From assembly GCA_032161105.1 (NCBI GenBank), contig JAVHTD010000016.1: a stretch of 64,000 nucleotides of DNA. One strand, 5' to 3'. The notes beneath the pieces are model-generated. The model was not told the DNA's origin and searched no databases. It saw only the letters and a program-made list of their open reading frames with translations. Below are positions 47,426 to 57,459 of this stretch, piece after piece. The stretch is from Candidatus Thermosaccharophagus tengchongensis. GTDB taxonomy: Bacteria; Armatimonadota; Fervidibacteria; Fervidibacterales; Thermosaccharophagaceae. Numbering within the stretch: the first letter of the stretch is position 1; every line of letters begins with the position of its first letter. The position numbers and the translations under genes are program-made.

Positions 47426-48477
47426 CTCCTTTTCACCTTAGGTTCGTAGTATTGCTCAAAGTGATGCATCACTTGCTCCCTCGTTGCCGTGCCCGTTGTG
47501 CCGATTTGCTTTATCGTCACCGAAGCAACAAGGTTCCCGATGAAAGCAGCTTCAACGCAGCTCGCCCCAACGCAAAGTGACGGCACAATCCCTGCAGTGA
47601 CGCTGTCACCTGCACCAACTATGTCAATTTCGCCGCTCACGGGCACCGCCGGTATGTGTGTAATTTCCTCGCCCTCCACAACGAGGATGCCCCATTCACC
47701 CATCGTCAGAAATACGGTCTTGCCAACACGCTCATATAGCAACTTCCCGATCTCCATAGCATCGCTTAATCCCATATTCTCACTCCAGCTTTTTCCGACT
47801 GCCGCTGCAGCTTCATACCTGTTTGGCTTGACCATCACATTTCTGAACTCACCGATACGCACCCTTGAGTCGGCATAGAAAACCTTGCTTGGGTTGCGCT
47901 CGGAAAGCTCGCACACGGACTCCCTCACCCAATCCGTGACAACGCCGCAATTCCGCTCTTGCACCTGATCTTGGATGATGACCGCATCAACTTGCGGGAG
48001 TAACTCACGCAGCCACTCAATGACTCTTTCCTCAAGCTCGCGCTTCATCGGTTGCCTGTTTTTGATATCCTGCCGCTCCATTTCAACCTCCTTGCCGCCC
48101 CGCAGCATCATCGGCTTTGTGTATGTTGGAGTGAAGCGCCCTTCATCAACGATGATGTAATCCGTGATCACCCTGCGCCTCATGAGCTCGCGCGTAAGCT
48201 CATACCCTTCGCCATCATCCCCAATGACTGTAAGCGCGTAAATTTTACCCACTCCGAGGGAAGACAGGTTGTTGCATATTGTGCCAGCTGCGCCCGGACT
48301 GCACCTTTTTCGGACAACCTGATGAGCAGTCAAACCGGTCTCAAGCGATACCTCGCTCAAGCTCGGATCAATGACGAGGTATTTGTCAAGGAAGAAGTCA
48401 CCGAGCACGACGACGCTCACATCGCCAAACCTTTCGAGTATTTCTGCAAGCCTCTCCTTCGTCATCATGCCCACCAT
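47422..48477 (-). CDS. PfkB/ribokinase-family carbohydrate kinase (HldE kinase-domain-like)
   Basis: V.GDFFLDKY, PGAAGT..NN, KPNRYEA, TMGE.G, DIVGAGD. Confidence 0.88.
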   Translation of the reverse strand: MVGMMTKERLAEILERFGDVSVVVLGDFFLDKYLVIDPSLSEVSLETGLTAHQVVRKRCSPGAAGTICNNLSSLGVGKIYALTVIGDDGEGYELTRELMRRRVITDYIIVDEGRFTPTYTKPMMLRGGKEVEMERQDIKNRQPMKRELEERVIEWLRELLPQVDAVIIQDQVQERNCGVVTDWVRESVCELSERNPSKVFYADSRVRIGEFRNVMVKPNRYEAAAAVGKSWSENMGLSDAMEIGKLLYERVGKTVFLTMGEWGILVVEGEEITHIPAVPVSGEIDIVGAGDSVTAGIVPSLCVGASCVEAAFIGNLVASVTIKQIGTTGTATREQVMHHFEQYYEPKVKRS

Positions 48478-49918
48478 CTCTCACTGCATAACTTTGCTTC
48501 AATCCAAATGCCAAATCGCACAGCAGAGAACGGTATTGCCGCCTGAACTCCTTTGCCATCTCAATCGCGTTTGCTGCATGGCGCTTTCGCGCAGCGCTAA
48601 GCATGCTTGAAATTAACCTCCCCATCACTCTCAAGCGCCCGCTGCTCAACTGCTTCACTTTGCCCCTGAGGGAATTTAAAATCGCCTTTGCCAACTCAAA
48701 CTCCCTCAGGGCTTGCTGAACTTCAAATTGCATTACGGATGCCCCAACTGCATTCATTTGCCAGTGCAACTCTTCAACTGATGGCATGTTGGGCGAGATG
48801 AACACACTCTCGGCAACATCAAAATCCGGTATGCTCAATGTGATGAGCCCGCTTTTGAAGCGCACTTGCAATCTCTTTGGGCTCGGAAAGCGCAATAGGT
48901 ATGCGCGAGGTGTGCGCCCAAGAGCCCAACCGCTGATCGGGTAACGGAGGGTTAAACCATAACTTCCAACCGGAAGGCGAAGTTCAGAGCAAGGCAACCA
49001 TAGCACGGCGCTGAGCACGGCTTCAACATCGCCACTCCCCTTTGTGATAAAGCAACGAGCCCGCATGCGCAAATGCTCATCTGTGGGTTTGCCGTTGCGC
49101 TCAATCGCAAAATCAAGTATGTCGCTCACCCCACATGCGCCCCGCCAGAATGGCAGCATTATCTTGGCTTCTGCCGAAGCCACCGATGCAGCCTTAAACA
49201 AGTCCTGACGGTGTTCCATCAATTCATCGGCATTGGGCAAAATGACCCCGCAAGCGCTGCCCAACACCGCAGCATATGTGAAAATGCGAAGGTGATCACC
49301 GCAGGGGATACAAGCGCTCAACGGCTCAGCACCGCTTGCAAACTGCGCGCCTTCAACCGTTAGAGCAACCCATAAGCTCACATTGCCAAAGTGACGCTGG
49401 GCGAGCTTGAGCACAGCTTCTGGGTCGCCAAATGGCACACTGGTATTCACGCAAATGTGCCTCGGCTCAATTTGCATGCTTAACTTGCGAATGCCGTTCA
49501 TGAGGTCGTCATCACTGAAAACCCCCTCGTGCAAGTCCAGCCAAAGCAGCAACACATGCCCTCGCAAGCGATTCACCAACTGTGTGACTCTTCGGAGGGT
49601 GACTTTAAAATCGCCACATTGAGCGCCTCGGAGCATCATTGATACCAGTTTTGCCATCCCGAGGGCGCTCTCGCAAAGTTGCCCAATGGCTTCCTCACTC
49701 GCCAATAGGTCATCTGATGCAACAATCATCGGAATGAGCGATAAACCGAATTCGCCTGCCCAGCTTTGTAATCGCTTGAGCCTCCTCAAATCCGACCCCG
49801 ATGAGACCGACATGAGAGCTGTATCAAACCCATGTTTGGCGAGGCTTTCAAGCGCAGCTTCGTTAACCGATGATGTTTGAAGTTGCAGCACCACATACGG
49901 CAGTTCATCCTTTTGCAT
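48398..49918 (-). CDS. Hypothetical protein (506 aa)
   Basis: Long ORF co-oriented with neighbours; no motif recognised; 3' end overlaps the kinase gene. Confidence 0.6.
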   Translation of the reverse strand: MQKDELPYVVLQLQTSSVNEAALESLAKHGFDTALMSVSSGSDLRRLKRLQSWAGEFGLSLIPMIVASDDLLASEEAIGQLCESALGMAKLVSMMLRGAQCGDFKVTLRRVTQLVNRLRGHVLLLWLDLHEGVFSDDDLMNGIRKLSMQIEPRHICVNTSVPFGDPEAVLKLAQRHFGNVSLWVALTVEGAQFASGAEPLSACIPCGDHLRIFTYAAVLGSACGVILPNADELMEHRQDLFKAASVASAEAKIMLPFWRGACGVSDILDFAIERNGKPTDEHLRMRARCFITKGSGDVEAVLSAVLWLPCSELRLPVGSYGLTLRYPISGWALGRTPRAYLLRFPSPKRLQVRFKSGLITLSIPDFDVAESVFISPNMPSVEELHWQMNAVGASVMQFEVQQALREFELAKAILNSLRGKVKQLSSGRLRVMGRLISSMLSAARKRHAANAIEMAKEFRRQYRSLLCDLAFGLKQSYAVRDGGHDDEGEACRNTRKVWRCERRRAR

Positions 49919-49957
49919 TGCTCAGTCCATCTCCACCGGCATTTGGATGCCGAGATG

Positions 49958-51997
49958 TCAATCTGAACGCTTGCGCATCGCGTCAAAGGCTTCCCAGTCA
50001 ATCTCGTAAAGCTCCTCTCCCATCTGACTCATCAACTGGTTAAGCAAACCCATTTCAATCGCCCTGCGCAGCAGACCATTTGGGACACCTTCAGCGGTGA
50101 GCGCAAAATAGCGCCTGTTTAAAAGGATATGCGTCACGCCAAGCCTACGATATGCTTCAAACAGCGCTGCCATTTGATCACTTGAGGAAGCCACACGATC
50201 GTAGTCAATGAGCAGATTGTGCCCCGGGTCACCCCACAGGTAATCCCGCTCAAAGTAGTAACAGAGCGGCTCACCATAGGTTATGATTTTGGCGTCCTTA
50301 GGCAGGTGGCGGTTGATGTATTTTGCCGCAACATATGATGGCAATGTGCGTTCAAGGTATTCATCCTCGCTCATAATCCCAAACACAACTGGCACGGACG
50401 GCAGAGACCACGCAAATGAGATCAGCAACGAATACGCGACAGCGATGAGCATCGCAACTTGAGAAACTGCCCGCGCTAAAACCCCACGCTCAAACCAATG
50501 CGAATACGAGTAGCCGACAATGCCACACAGCATGACTATGCACGGAAGTAAGTAGCGCAAATATTGCACGCTGTAAAACCATGCCAGAAACCAATATGCG
50601 CATATAGCCAAGAGCAATGTGGCATATGAAGAGAGCGGTCTCATCAATGCAACCGTCGGAACGAAGGCAAGGAATGCCAACCCTATCCCACTTGTCGGGT
50701 TTGGGTTAACCTCATACCTGATTGGCTCCCTCCCAGAACGCGTAAAGCCCTTTGGTATGTCGGAGCGCATCGTTAAGTTCCACGGCGAAAGGAGAAGATG
50801 CAGCGGCGTTCGTCTTGTTCCGAATTCAAGTTGATGCCTGCGATATTGCTCCGCCATCTTCTCATTCCACCAACGCCCATCAAAGAGCTCGTAGAAGAAC
50901 GGGAAGAAGGGATTGCCCGTCAGGAGCAAATTCTTGATATACCAAGGGCTCGCCACAATCAGCGCAATGGCAACCGAGATGAGCGGCTGTGTCACACTTA
51001 GCCTTGCCCGCCGTTGCGTTTTCCCAACGACATGCGACAGCGAAGCAATGCACAGAAGCGGCACAAGGAGCAGAACTCCGGTGTATTTAATCCCCATGCA
51101 CACTCCGCAAGCCACTGCCGCAAGCGCCAACCATCCAAATGAACGCATTGATAGCCATCGCATGAGAGCGTGAACGAATAGGAGCACATAAAACGAGAGT
51201 GCCATGTCTATGTATGCTGTTGAGGCTTCGGCGAGCGCAATCGGCATTGTGAACAAAGCCCAAGAGGCAGCCCATGCTGACCTTGTCGGCGACGGCAGCC
51301 TTTCATCTGAACCGTTTTGGCTCTCTGAATGCCACAGCTGCAGGGCTATTGAGTTTCCCACACACAGCAACAGAAGGGCACACCCGATAAAGAAGGCGAA
51401 GTGAATGAGCTTGGCGAGCCCATGACCGCTCAGAGCAAGCCCGACTGTGTAAAGCATCTCGGTTGTAAACGGAAAGCTCGCATGCGATGTGAAGTGCACG
51501 AAGTATATTCGCCCGGCTTTGAGATATAGCTTTGGTATGGCAAGGTGATACGATAGGCTATCCCATTCAACGAGCGTTGGCGGGCTAAGCGAACCAACGA
51601 GCACACAAAGCAGAGAGAGGATGCAAAGCGCCGTTATGATTCGTTCTATTGGCGATTGAATGCTCCGAAGCTTCAAAAGGCGCTCCGGGAAAGAGAAGTA
51701 AATGTTTGTGATGAGGTGTCGCCATGCCACTTTAAACGATGGCACTGAGAGGAAGAGCATGATGGCGAGCAATATCAACACCGAAGCTCTGTTTATCCAT
51801 CCGAGCACACCGACGATGAAAACGCCATTTGCCAACACCGCTAAACCAACACCAATGGCGCACACTGCGGCTTCAATCGGGTATGCGAACTTCACGCGCA
51901 TCAAGGTCAGCACCCTCGCCCCAAAACCGCAACTGATGCAAAGAAGCATTGACAGCAAAAGCAAGTCCAAGAGATGCCTCGCAATAGCAGTCCACAT
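49958..51997 (-). CDS. GT-C fold (ArnT/GT39-like) membrane glycosyltransferase
   Basis: WDSLSYHL.IPK.Y, AY.D, G...G.KYTG, PWYIKN...TGNP.FPF, RYL.P; many TM helices. Confidence 0.8.
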   Translation of the reverse strand: MWTAIARHLLDLLLLSMLLCISCGFGARVLTLMRVKFAYPIEAAVCAIGVGLAVLANGVFIVGVLGWINRASVLILLAIMLFLSVPSFKVAWRHLITNIYFSFPERLLKLRSIQSPIERIITALCILSLLCVLVGSLSPPTLVEWDSLSYHLAIPKLYLKAGRIYFVHFTSHASFPFTTEMLYTVGLALSGHGLAKLIHFAFFIGCALLLLCVGNSIALQLWHSESQNGSDERLPSPTRSAWAASWALFTMPIALAEASTAYIDMALSFYVLLFVHALMRWLSMRSFGWLALAAVACGVCMGIKYTGVLLLVPLLCIASLSHVVGKTQRRARLSVTQPLISVAIALIVASPWYIKNLLLTGNPFFPFFYELFDGRWWNEKMAEQYRRHQLEFGTRRTPLHLLLSPWNLTMRSDIPKGFTRSGREPIRYEVNPNPTSGIGLAFLAFVPTVALMRPLSSYATLLLAICAYWFLAWFYSVQYLRYLLPCIVMLCGIVGYSYSHWFERGVLARAVSQVAMLIAVAYSLLISFAWSLPSVPVVFGIMSEDEYLERTLPSYVAAKYINRHLPKDAKIITYGEPLCYYFERDYLWGDPGHNLLIDYDRVASSSDQMAALFEAYRRLGVTHILLNRRYFALTAEGVPNGLLRRAIEMGLLNQLMSQMGEELYEIDWEAFDAMRKRSD

Positions 51998-52212
51998 ATC
52001 ACAACGCCCTCACAAATTCGCCAGCCGAAGAAGGCGCTCAACGAAGTAAGCTATGAGGTAGCTATGTTCCAGCACGAACAGCACTGTGATGGCGCAAATC
52101 CAAAGCGCACTAACAATGCATCGCAACATCTCCAACGAATTGGAGCGCATGTCTCATCCCATCCAGATGCCCATTTCTGGCAAATCGTTGATCCTACAAA
52201 CGGCACATCGCC

Positions 52213-54189
52213 TCAATATGTTAGCCATACCCCAACACGGTAGATTAGTGCAGCAACAGCAGTTGCAATTGCGAGCGGGTAGACGATGGCGAGTGCTGTC
52301 AGCTTTGGCGAGCGTGTTTCAAGCCATATTGCGGCTATGGTTGCAACGCACGGTATGTATAGCATTTGGAAGGCGGTGAATGAGAAGGCTTGCAGCGGAG
52401 TCATAGCATTGCGCAAGCTCTCTATCAACCCCTTGCCAGTGCTTCCGAAGAGCACGCTCAGGACGGCGAGCGAATTCTCCTTCGCCAGAAACCCAGCAAC
52501 GAGTGCGGCACATGAGCGCCAATCAAGCCCGATGAGCTTGCCAAATGGCTGAAGCAACGAACCGAGCTTGCCAAGATATGTCTCGCGCATTGTGGCACCG
52601 ATGGGCAAATGCGAAAGTAACCAAACAAACACCGAGACCGACACGATGACAACTGAGGCGCGCTTTAAGAAAGCCACAACCCTGTGAAGCGTGAAGAGGG
52701 CGATGTTGCGCGCCGTAGGAGCGGAGTAAATTGGCAACTCCATCATGAGCGGCACCTGCTCACCTTTGATGGCGAACAACCTGAGAAGCATACCCGCAAC
52801 GAATACCATTGATAGGCTGAGCATGTGCAACCCGAGCATTGCAGGCACCTGTAAGTGCCTCGGGAAGACAGCTGCAACAATGAATGCCATAACGCCGAGC
52901 CTCGCCGAGCACGGTATTAGCGGATTGAGGAGCACAACCAAAACCCTGTCCCTCTCACCCTCAATTATTCGGCTGCCCATCACTCCAACGACATTGCATC
53001 CGTAAGCCAACACCAGTGGGAGGGCAGCCTTACCGTGCAAGCCGAGTATATGCATTAACCCGTCCATAACAAAAGCCACACGCGCCATGTATCCACTATC
53101 CTCAAGGACGCTCACAAGGATGAAGAAAACGACCAACACCGGGATCAATGAGACCACAGCGCCGAACCCGGATAGAGCGCCATCAATCAGCAAGCCGTTT
53201 GCAAAATCGCCAAATGGCAATCTTGTCCTCAGCCATTCACCGATCCGGGAGATCACCTCATCAAGCACTTTAACAAATGGTTCTGAGAGCCTGAATGTGA
53301 GCCAGAAGATGCACGCGAGCACGATGATGAATATGACCAACCCAATGATTGGGTGTGCAAGGACATGATCAAGGTTGTCGGTGATCGTGATCGCTTCCCT
53401 TGCCGGCTTGCGCATGCTTTGCGCCAATGTTTCCCTTATCCACGCATACCTCGCATCGGCGATGAGCATTGGTGCCCGCTCATTCGCCCTCCGCAAGCTC
53501 TCAATCTGTTCCCACAGGTCGGCACTGAGCGATGATTTAACCAACCGCTCAACTTCGGCATCGCCCTCAAGCAGCTTCATCGCGAGCCAGCGCGGCGCAT
53601 AACCTCCAAGATCATGTCCGCTCAAAAGCGCCTCAAGTCTGCTGAGCGCCCTTTCCAGACCACCATATCGTATCGGCTTTGGACGGACATCCACATTACC
53701 GCTTGCAACATCAATGATGCGCTCAATCAACTCCTTAATGCCTTGAGCCCTCCTTGCGACCATCGGCACAACTGGCACCCCGATTTCTTCCTGCAACCTG
53801 TGGACATCAATCCTGTAGCCCTTCGCCTCCGCCAGATCCATCTTGTTAAGCGCTAAAATGGCTCTGTCGGTCAACTCCAGCACTTGAGCGAGCAAATAGA
53901 GGTTGCGTTCAATGCCGGATGCATCTGCTATCACAACGACGATGTCCGGATGCTCGTGAACTATGAACTCCCTCGCAATAAGCTCTTCAACCGAGCCAGC
54001 CGTTAAGCTGTATGCACCCGGAAGGTCAATCACATGGAGCACATGCTCGTTGAACTTACATATGCCCTCCTTCCGCTCAACCGTCTTACCGGGCCAATTC
54101 GCCACATGTTGGTGCATACCCGTGAGGATGTTGAAGATGGTGCTCTTTCCGACATTTGGGTTGCCGGCAAGCGCGACAAGGAGCTCCAT
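52213..54189 (-). CDS. feoB: Ferrous iron transporter B
   Basis: ALAGNPNVGKS, NWPGKTVE, DLPGAYSL, NKMD, LEDSGYMARVAF.MD, G.GCNV, CSARL, AKE, YIPCVAT. ATG at 54189. Confidence 0.97.
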   Translation of the reverse strand: MELLVALAGNPNVGKSTIFNILTGMHQHVANWPGKTVERKEGICKFNEHVLHVIDLPGAYSLTAGSVEELIAREFIVHEHPDIVVVIADASGIERNLYLLAQVLELTDRAILALNKMDLAEAKGYRIDVHRLQEEIGVPVVPMVARRAQGIKELIERIIDVASGNVDVRPKPIRYGGLERALSRLEALLSGHDLGGYAPRWLAMKLLEGDAEVERLVKSSLSADLWEQIESLRRANERAPMLIADARYAWIRETLAQSMRKPAREAITITDNLDHVLAHPIIGLVIFIIVLACIFWLTFRLSEPFVKVLDEVISRIGEWLRTRLPFGDFANGLLIDGALSGFGAVVSLIPVLVVFFILVSVLEDSGYMARVAFVMDGLMHILGLHGKAALPLVLAYGCNVVGVMGSRIIEGERDRVLVVLLNPLIPCSARLGVMAFIVAAVFPRHLQVPAMLGLHMLSLSMVFVAGMLLRLFAIKGEQVPLMMELPIYSAPTARNIALFTLHRVVAFLKRASVVIVSVSVFVWLLSHLPIGATMRETYLGKLGSLLQPFGKLIGLDWRSCAALVAGFLAKENSLAVLSVLFGSTGKGLIESLRNAMTPLQAFSFTAFQMLYIPCVATIAAIWLETRSPKLTALAIVYPLAIATAVAALIYRVGVWLTY

Positions 54190-54202
54190 TGAATCACCGC
54201 CC

Positions 54203-54472
54203 TTAAAGCGCATCTGGAGCTCTAACTCTGACGAGTATCCTTCCCGCCATACCTCTGCCGATGGCAACCCTTACACCCCTCACACTGACCAACACGGGAC
54301 CAATGGGGGCATTTTGGATCACGGAGATCTCCGCACCCACCGTCACACCCAAGCTGCTCAAGCGCGCCAACATCCCTCTGCCACCGCATATTGTCTCAAC
54401 GATGCCGCTTTCACCGGGTGAAAGGTCGCTCAGCGGAATTACCCTTTGACATCCCGGCTTCTCGCTTTTCAT
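54203..54472 (-). CDS. feoA: Ferrous iron transport protein A
   Basis: LSDL.PGE.G.V..I.GG.....RL..LG...G..I.V...AP.GPV.V.VRG.RVAIGRG.A..I.V; directly upstream of feoB. Confidence 0.95.
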   Translation of the reverse strand: MKSEKPGCQRVIPLSDLSPGESGIVETICGGRGMLARLSSLGVTVGAEISVIQNAPIGPVLVSVRGVRVAIGRGMAGRILVRVRAPDAL

Positions 54473-54528
54473 GTCGCATCACCGAGTTTGAAGGTTCCAC
54501 CCGATTCGCAATTGCCATCGCGCCACAA

Positions 54529-54549
54529 TTTTGAGACTTTGTCTCAAAA
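54529..54549. promoter_or_regulatory. Perfect 9-3-9 palindrome, candidate Fur-family/metalloregulator operator for feoAB
   Basis: TTTTGAGAC-TTT-GTCTCAAAA about 57 nt upstream of feoA; a minus-strand CATAAT (-10-like) at 54560-54565 lies just upstream of it. Confidence 0.7.
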
Positions 54550-54904
54550 CGCAATTGTTATTATGACGCGCTGCACAGCAGCTGTTGAGATGCGCCCAAA
54601 GGGATTGCACAAGCATCTCCCCCGCACACGGTCATCAATTCGCCATCGGGCTTCGCTCCAAACCACGAATTGAAAGCATAACATGTTGAGGGTTGCTGAA
54701 GCTTAACTGGCGGCACAAGCGAGTTGCAACTTAAGCCGTTAAGGTGTGCGCGATAATTTGGTGTCGGAAAGTTGCTTGCCAAGTGCATTGAAAGCGACCT
54801 GCAGAAGTTACAATGTGGACGAGTGCCAAATCGGCACCTGTCATGTCAGATGGTGTATGGTGCACCGTCGGGATGAGTCTTACCGCTTCGTGGAGGGGAA
54901 AGAA

Positions 54905-55963
54905 ATGACGCCGAGGGAAAGAGTCTGGCGGGCAATACATCGTCAGTATCCGGACAAGGTCCCAAAGGAAGCTGGCTTCACGCCAGCGGCGTATGAGCGC
55001 TTCAAAAGGGAGACTGGTTGCGATGACCCAGCAGAATACTTCGGCTTTGAGACAAGGGGTGTTGATTTCAAACCGCTGAATGAAGAGGACAAACCGGACT
55101 TTACACCATACTTGGAGCGCATGCCCGATGGCACGAGGGTCGTGAGCGAGTATGGTCACATGCAGATTCCGGGGAGCTTTTACCACTTCGCCAGATATGT
55201 GTTCCCACTGGCTCACGCCGAAACTGTTGCAGAGATTGAGCGCTTCCCACGACCTGATGTCACATTGCCATACAGGCATGAGCATCTTGAAGCCGATGTC
55301 AAGCGCCTACATGATGCCGGTTACTTTGTGAGTGGCTTTGCCGGGCACATCTTTGAGAATGCATGGCAGCTCATCGGTTTGGAGAAAATGTTCATTGACA
55401 TGCTTTTCAATCCGGCACTCGTTGAAGCGCTGCTTGAAAGGTTTACGGAGGATGCATGTTTCCGTGCGAGGCGATATGCAGAAGCTGGTGTTGATATGCT
55501 TCGCACTGGCGACGATGTGGGCATGCAAGACCGCATGATGATGGATCCCGACATATGGAGGCGCTTCCTGAAGCCTCGCTTAAAACGGGTCATTGAAGCC
55601 GCAAGGGCTGTCAAGCCGGATTTACCAGTGTGGTATCACAGCGATGGATACATCATGCCCATCGTTGAGGACTTGATTGAGGTTGGTGTGACAGTCCTCA
55701 ACCCAGTCCAACCTGAGTGCATGGATGTGCACGAGGTAAAAAGGAGGTATGGCGACAGGCTTGCCTTCTGGGGCACTATAGGGACGCAATCGGTTTTGCC
55801 ATTTGGCAGTCCAGAAGATGTTAAGCGGGAGGTCAAGAGGATGATAGAGCTTTTTGCTCCCGGTATCGTGATAGCACCGACTCATGTGATAGAACCGGAT
55901 GTGCCTTGGGAAAACATCGTAGCGCTGTTTGAGGCAGTTGAAGAATACGGAAGATTTGAGTGA
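54905..55963 (+). CDS. Uroporphyrinogen decarboxylase (UroD/MtaA)-like protein, paralog 2
   Basis: MTPRERV..A.....PDKVP, GDDVG.Q...MM.P..WR...KP, YHSDG, LNPVQPECMD, FWGTIGTQ..LP.G, PTH.IEPDVPWEN. ATG after GGAGGGG. Confidence 0.85.
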   Translation: MTPRERVWRAIHRQYPDKVPKEAGFTPAAYERFKRETGCDDPAEYFGFETRGVDFKPLNEEDKPDFTPYLERMPDGTRVVSEYGHMQIPGSFYHFARYVFPLAHAETVAEIERFPRPDVTLPYRHEHLEADVKRLHDAGYFVSGFAGHIFENAWQLIGLEKMFIDMLFNPALVEALLERFTEDACFRARRYAEAGVDMLRTGDDVGMQDRMMMDPDIWRRFLKPRLKRVIEAARAVKPDLPVWYHSDGYIMPIVEDLIEVGVTVLNPVQPECMDVHEVKRRYGDRLAFWGTIGTQSVLPFGSPEDVKREVKRMIELFAPGIVIAPTHVIEPDVPWENIVALFEAVEEYGRFE

Positions 55964-55972
55964 GCAGTTGCC

Positions 55973-57322
55973 CTAAGCTTTTTCAACGCCGGCTTTTGCC
56001 AACGCCTCAACTTCGGCAATCGCATCTTCAAGTATGTCCAGACCCCTCTCCGCAATTTCCCAAGTGATAACAAGTGGCGGCGCAATCCGTATCACATTAC
56101 CAAACAGCCCTATCGGGGCGATCAACAGCAAGCCCTTCTCAAAAGCTCTCCGAATAATGAGCTTCGTCAAATCGGGCGCTGGCTCCTTGCTCACCTTGTC
56201 CCTGACCACCTCAACAGCAATTGCAAGACCAAGCCCCCTCGCCTCACCCACGATCTCATGCTCCATTTCAATCTTCTTCAACCGCTCAAGCATCTTTGAG
56301 CCAACCAGCGCTGCGTTTTCACAAAGCCCCTCTCGCTCAATTATCTCAATTGATGCGAGCGCAGCAGCACACGATAGCGGGTTTCCACCATTGGTGCTTG
56401 ACATGCTCCCCGGCTCAAGTATGTCCATTATGCGCGATTCGCCAACGAGTGCGGAGCACGGCACACCGCAGGAGATGCCCTTACCAAGGCAAAGCAAGTT
56501 TGGCGTTATGCCATAATGCTCAAAGCCGAACATCTTGCCGGTGCGCCCGAATGAGGCTTGCACCTCATCAACTATGAGCAGCAGATCCCTCTCTCTGCAC
56601 CAAGCTTCAAGACGCTGCATCCATTCAATCGGTGGTATGATTGAGCCAGCAGCCCCTTGATATGTCTCAACAATCACAGCCGCCACATCGCCCGTTGTCT
56701 CCGTCTCAACAAGCCAGTCAAGGTATGAAAGGCAATGGCAATTGCACTGCGGGTAAGTCTTGTCAAACACGCACCTATAGCAGTAGCAGAACGGCGCAAA
56801 GTGAATGCCGGGGAGCATTGGACCAAACTTCCTTTTGACGCCCATCTTCCCGCCAACGCTCATGCATGCGTAAGTGCGCCCATGAAATGCACCGTGAAAT
56901 GAAATTATCTCGTGCCTGCCGGTGTAGCGTCTTGCGACCTTTATCGCCGCTTCAATTGCTTCGCTTCCGGTGGTCAGAATGAAAGCCCTGTCAAGGTTTG
57001 GAGGCGTTAGCTCCACGAGCTTCTTTGCAAGCATTATTCTCGGCACATTGGCGAAGTCATAGCAGTTGAGCAACTTGCCAGCTTGTTCCCTTATTGCGGC
57101 GACATGGTCAGGATGACAATGCCCAACATTCATCACGAGGACTCCGGAAGTGAAGTCAATGAACCTATTGCCATCTACATCCTCAACGATAGCTCCCTCT
57201 GCCCTTTCCCAAACTACGGGAACCTGCTCGGATAGAGAACGGCTCTCGTAGCGCCTTGACAGCTCAAGATACTGGCGGGACTTCGGTCCGGGAAGCTCGG
57301 TGACAATGCGCGGCACATCCAT
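55973..57322 (-). CDS. Class III PLP-dependent aminotransferase (GabT/ArgD-like)
   Basis: DVDGN.FIDF.SG, GSEAIEAAIK, FHGAFHGRT, DEVQ.SFGRTG, LGKG, STNGGNP, RG.GL, NVIRIAPPL. Confidence 0.93.
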   Translation of the reverse strand: MDVPRIVTELPGPKSRQYLELSRRYESRSLSEQVPVVWERAEGAIVEDVDGNRFIDFTSGVLVMNVGHCHPDHVAAIREQAGKLLNCYDFANVPRIMLAKKLVELTPPNLDRAFILTTGSEAIEAAIKVARRYTGRHEIISFHGAFHGRTYACMSVGGKMGVKRKFGPMLPGIHFAPFCYCYRCVFDKTYPQCNCHCLSYLDWLVETETTGDVAAVIVETYQGAAGSIIPPIEWMQRLEAWCRERDLLLIVDEVQASFGRTGKMFGFEHYGITPNLLCLGKGISCGVPCSALVGESRIMDILEPGSMSSTNGGNPLSCAAALASIEIIEREGLCENAALVGSKMLERLKKIEMEHEIVGEARGLGLAIAVEVVRDKVSKEPAPDLTKLIIRRAFEKGLLLIAPIGLFGNVIRIAPPLVITWEIAERGLDILEDAIAEVEALAKAGVEKA

Positions 57323-57459
57323 CCATATCACCCCCGTGAACGCCCGCTCATACCGCCCAATTGGTGTCCGTCAACCTATGGCATCGCCGCTTTGGCAGGA
57401 TTGGACACGATAGCTGAGAGCTGCACGAAAGGCATCAAGTGCAAGGCTTGCTGCAAGTA

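Noticed and set aside
54566..54904. Cobalamin or metal riboswitch between feoA and the UroD-like gene
   Set aside because: No B12-box or other riboswitch consensus recognised.
54905..55963. hemE call
   Set aside because: Lacks the HemE RQAGR motif; belongs to the broader UroD/MtaA-like group.
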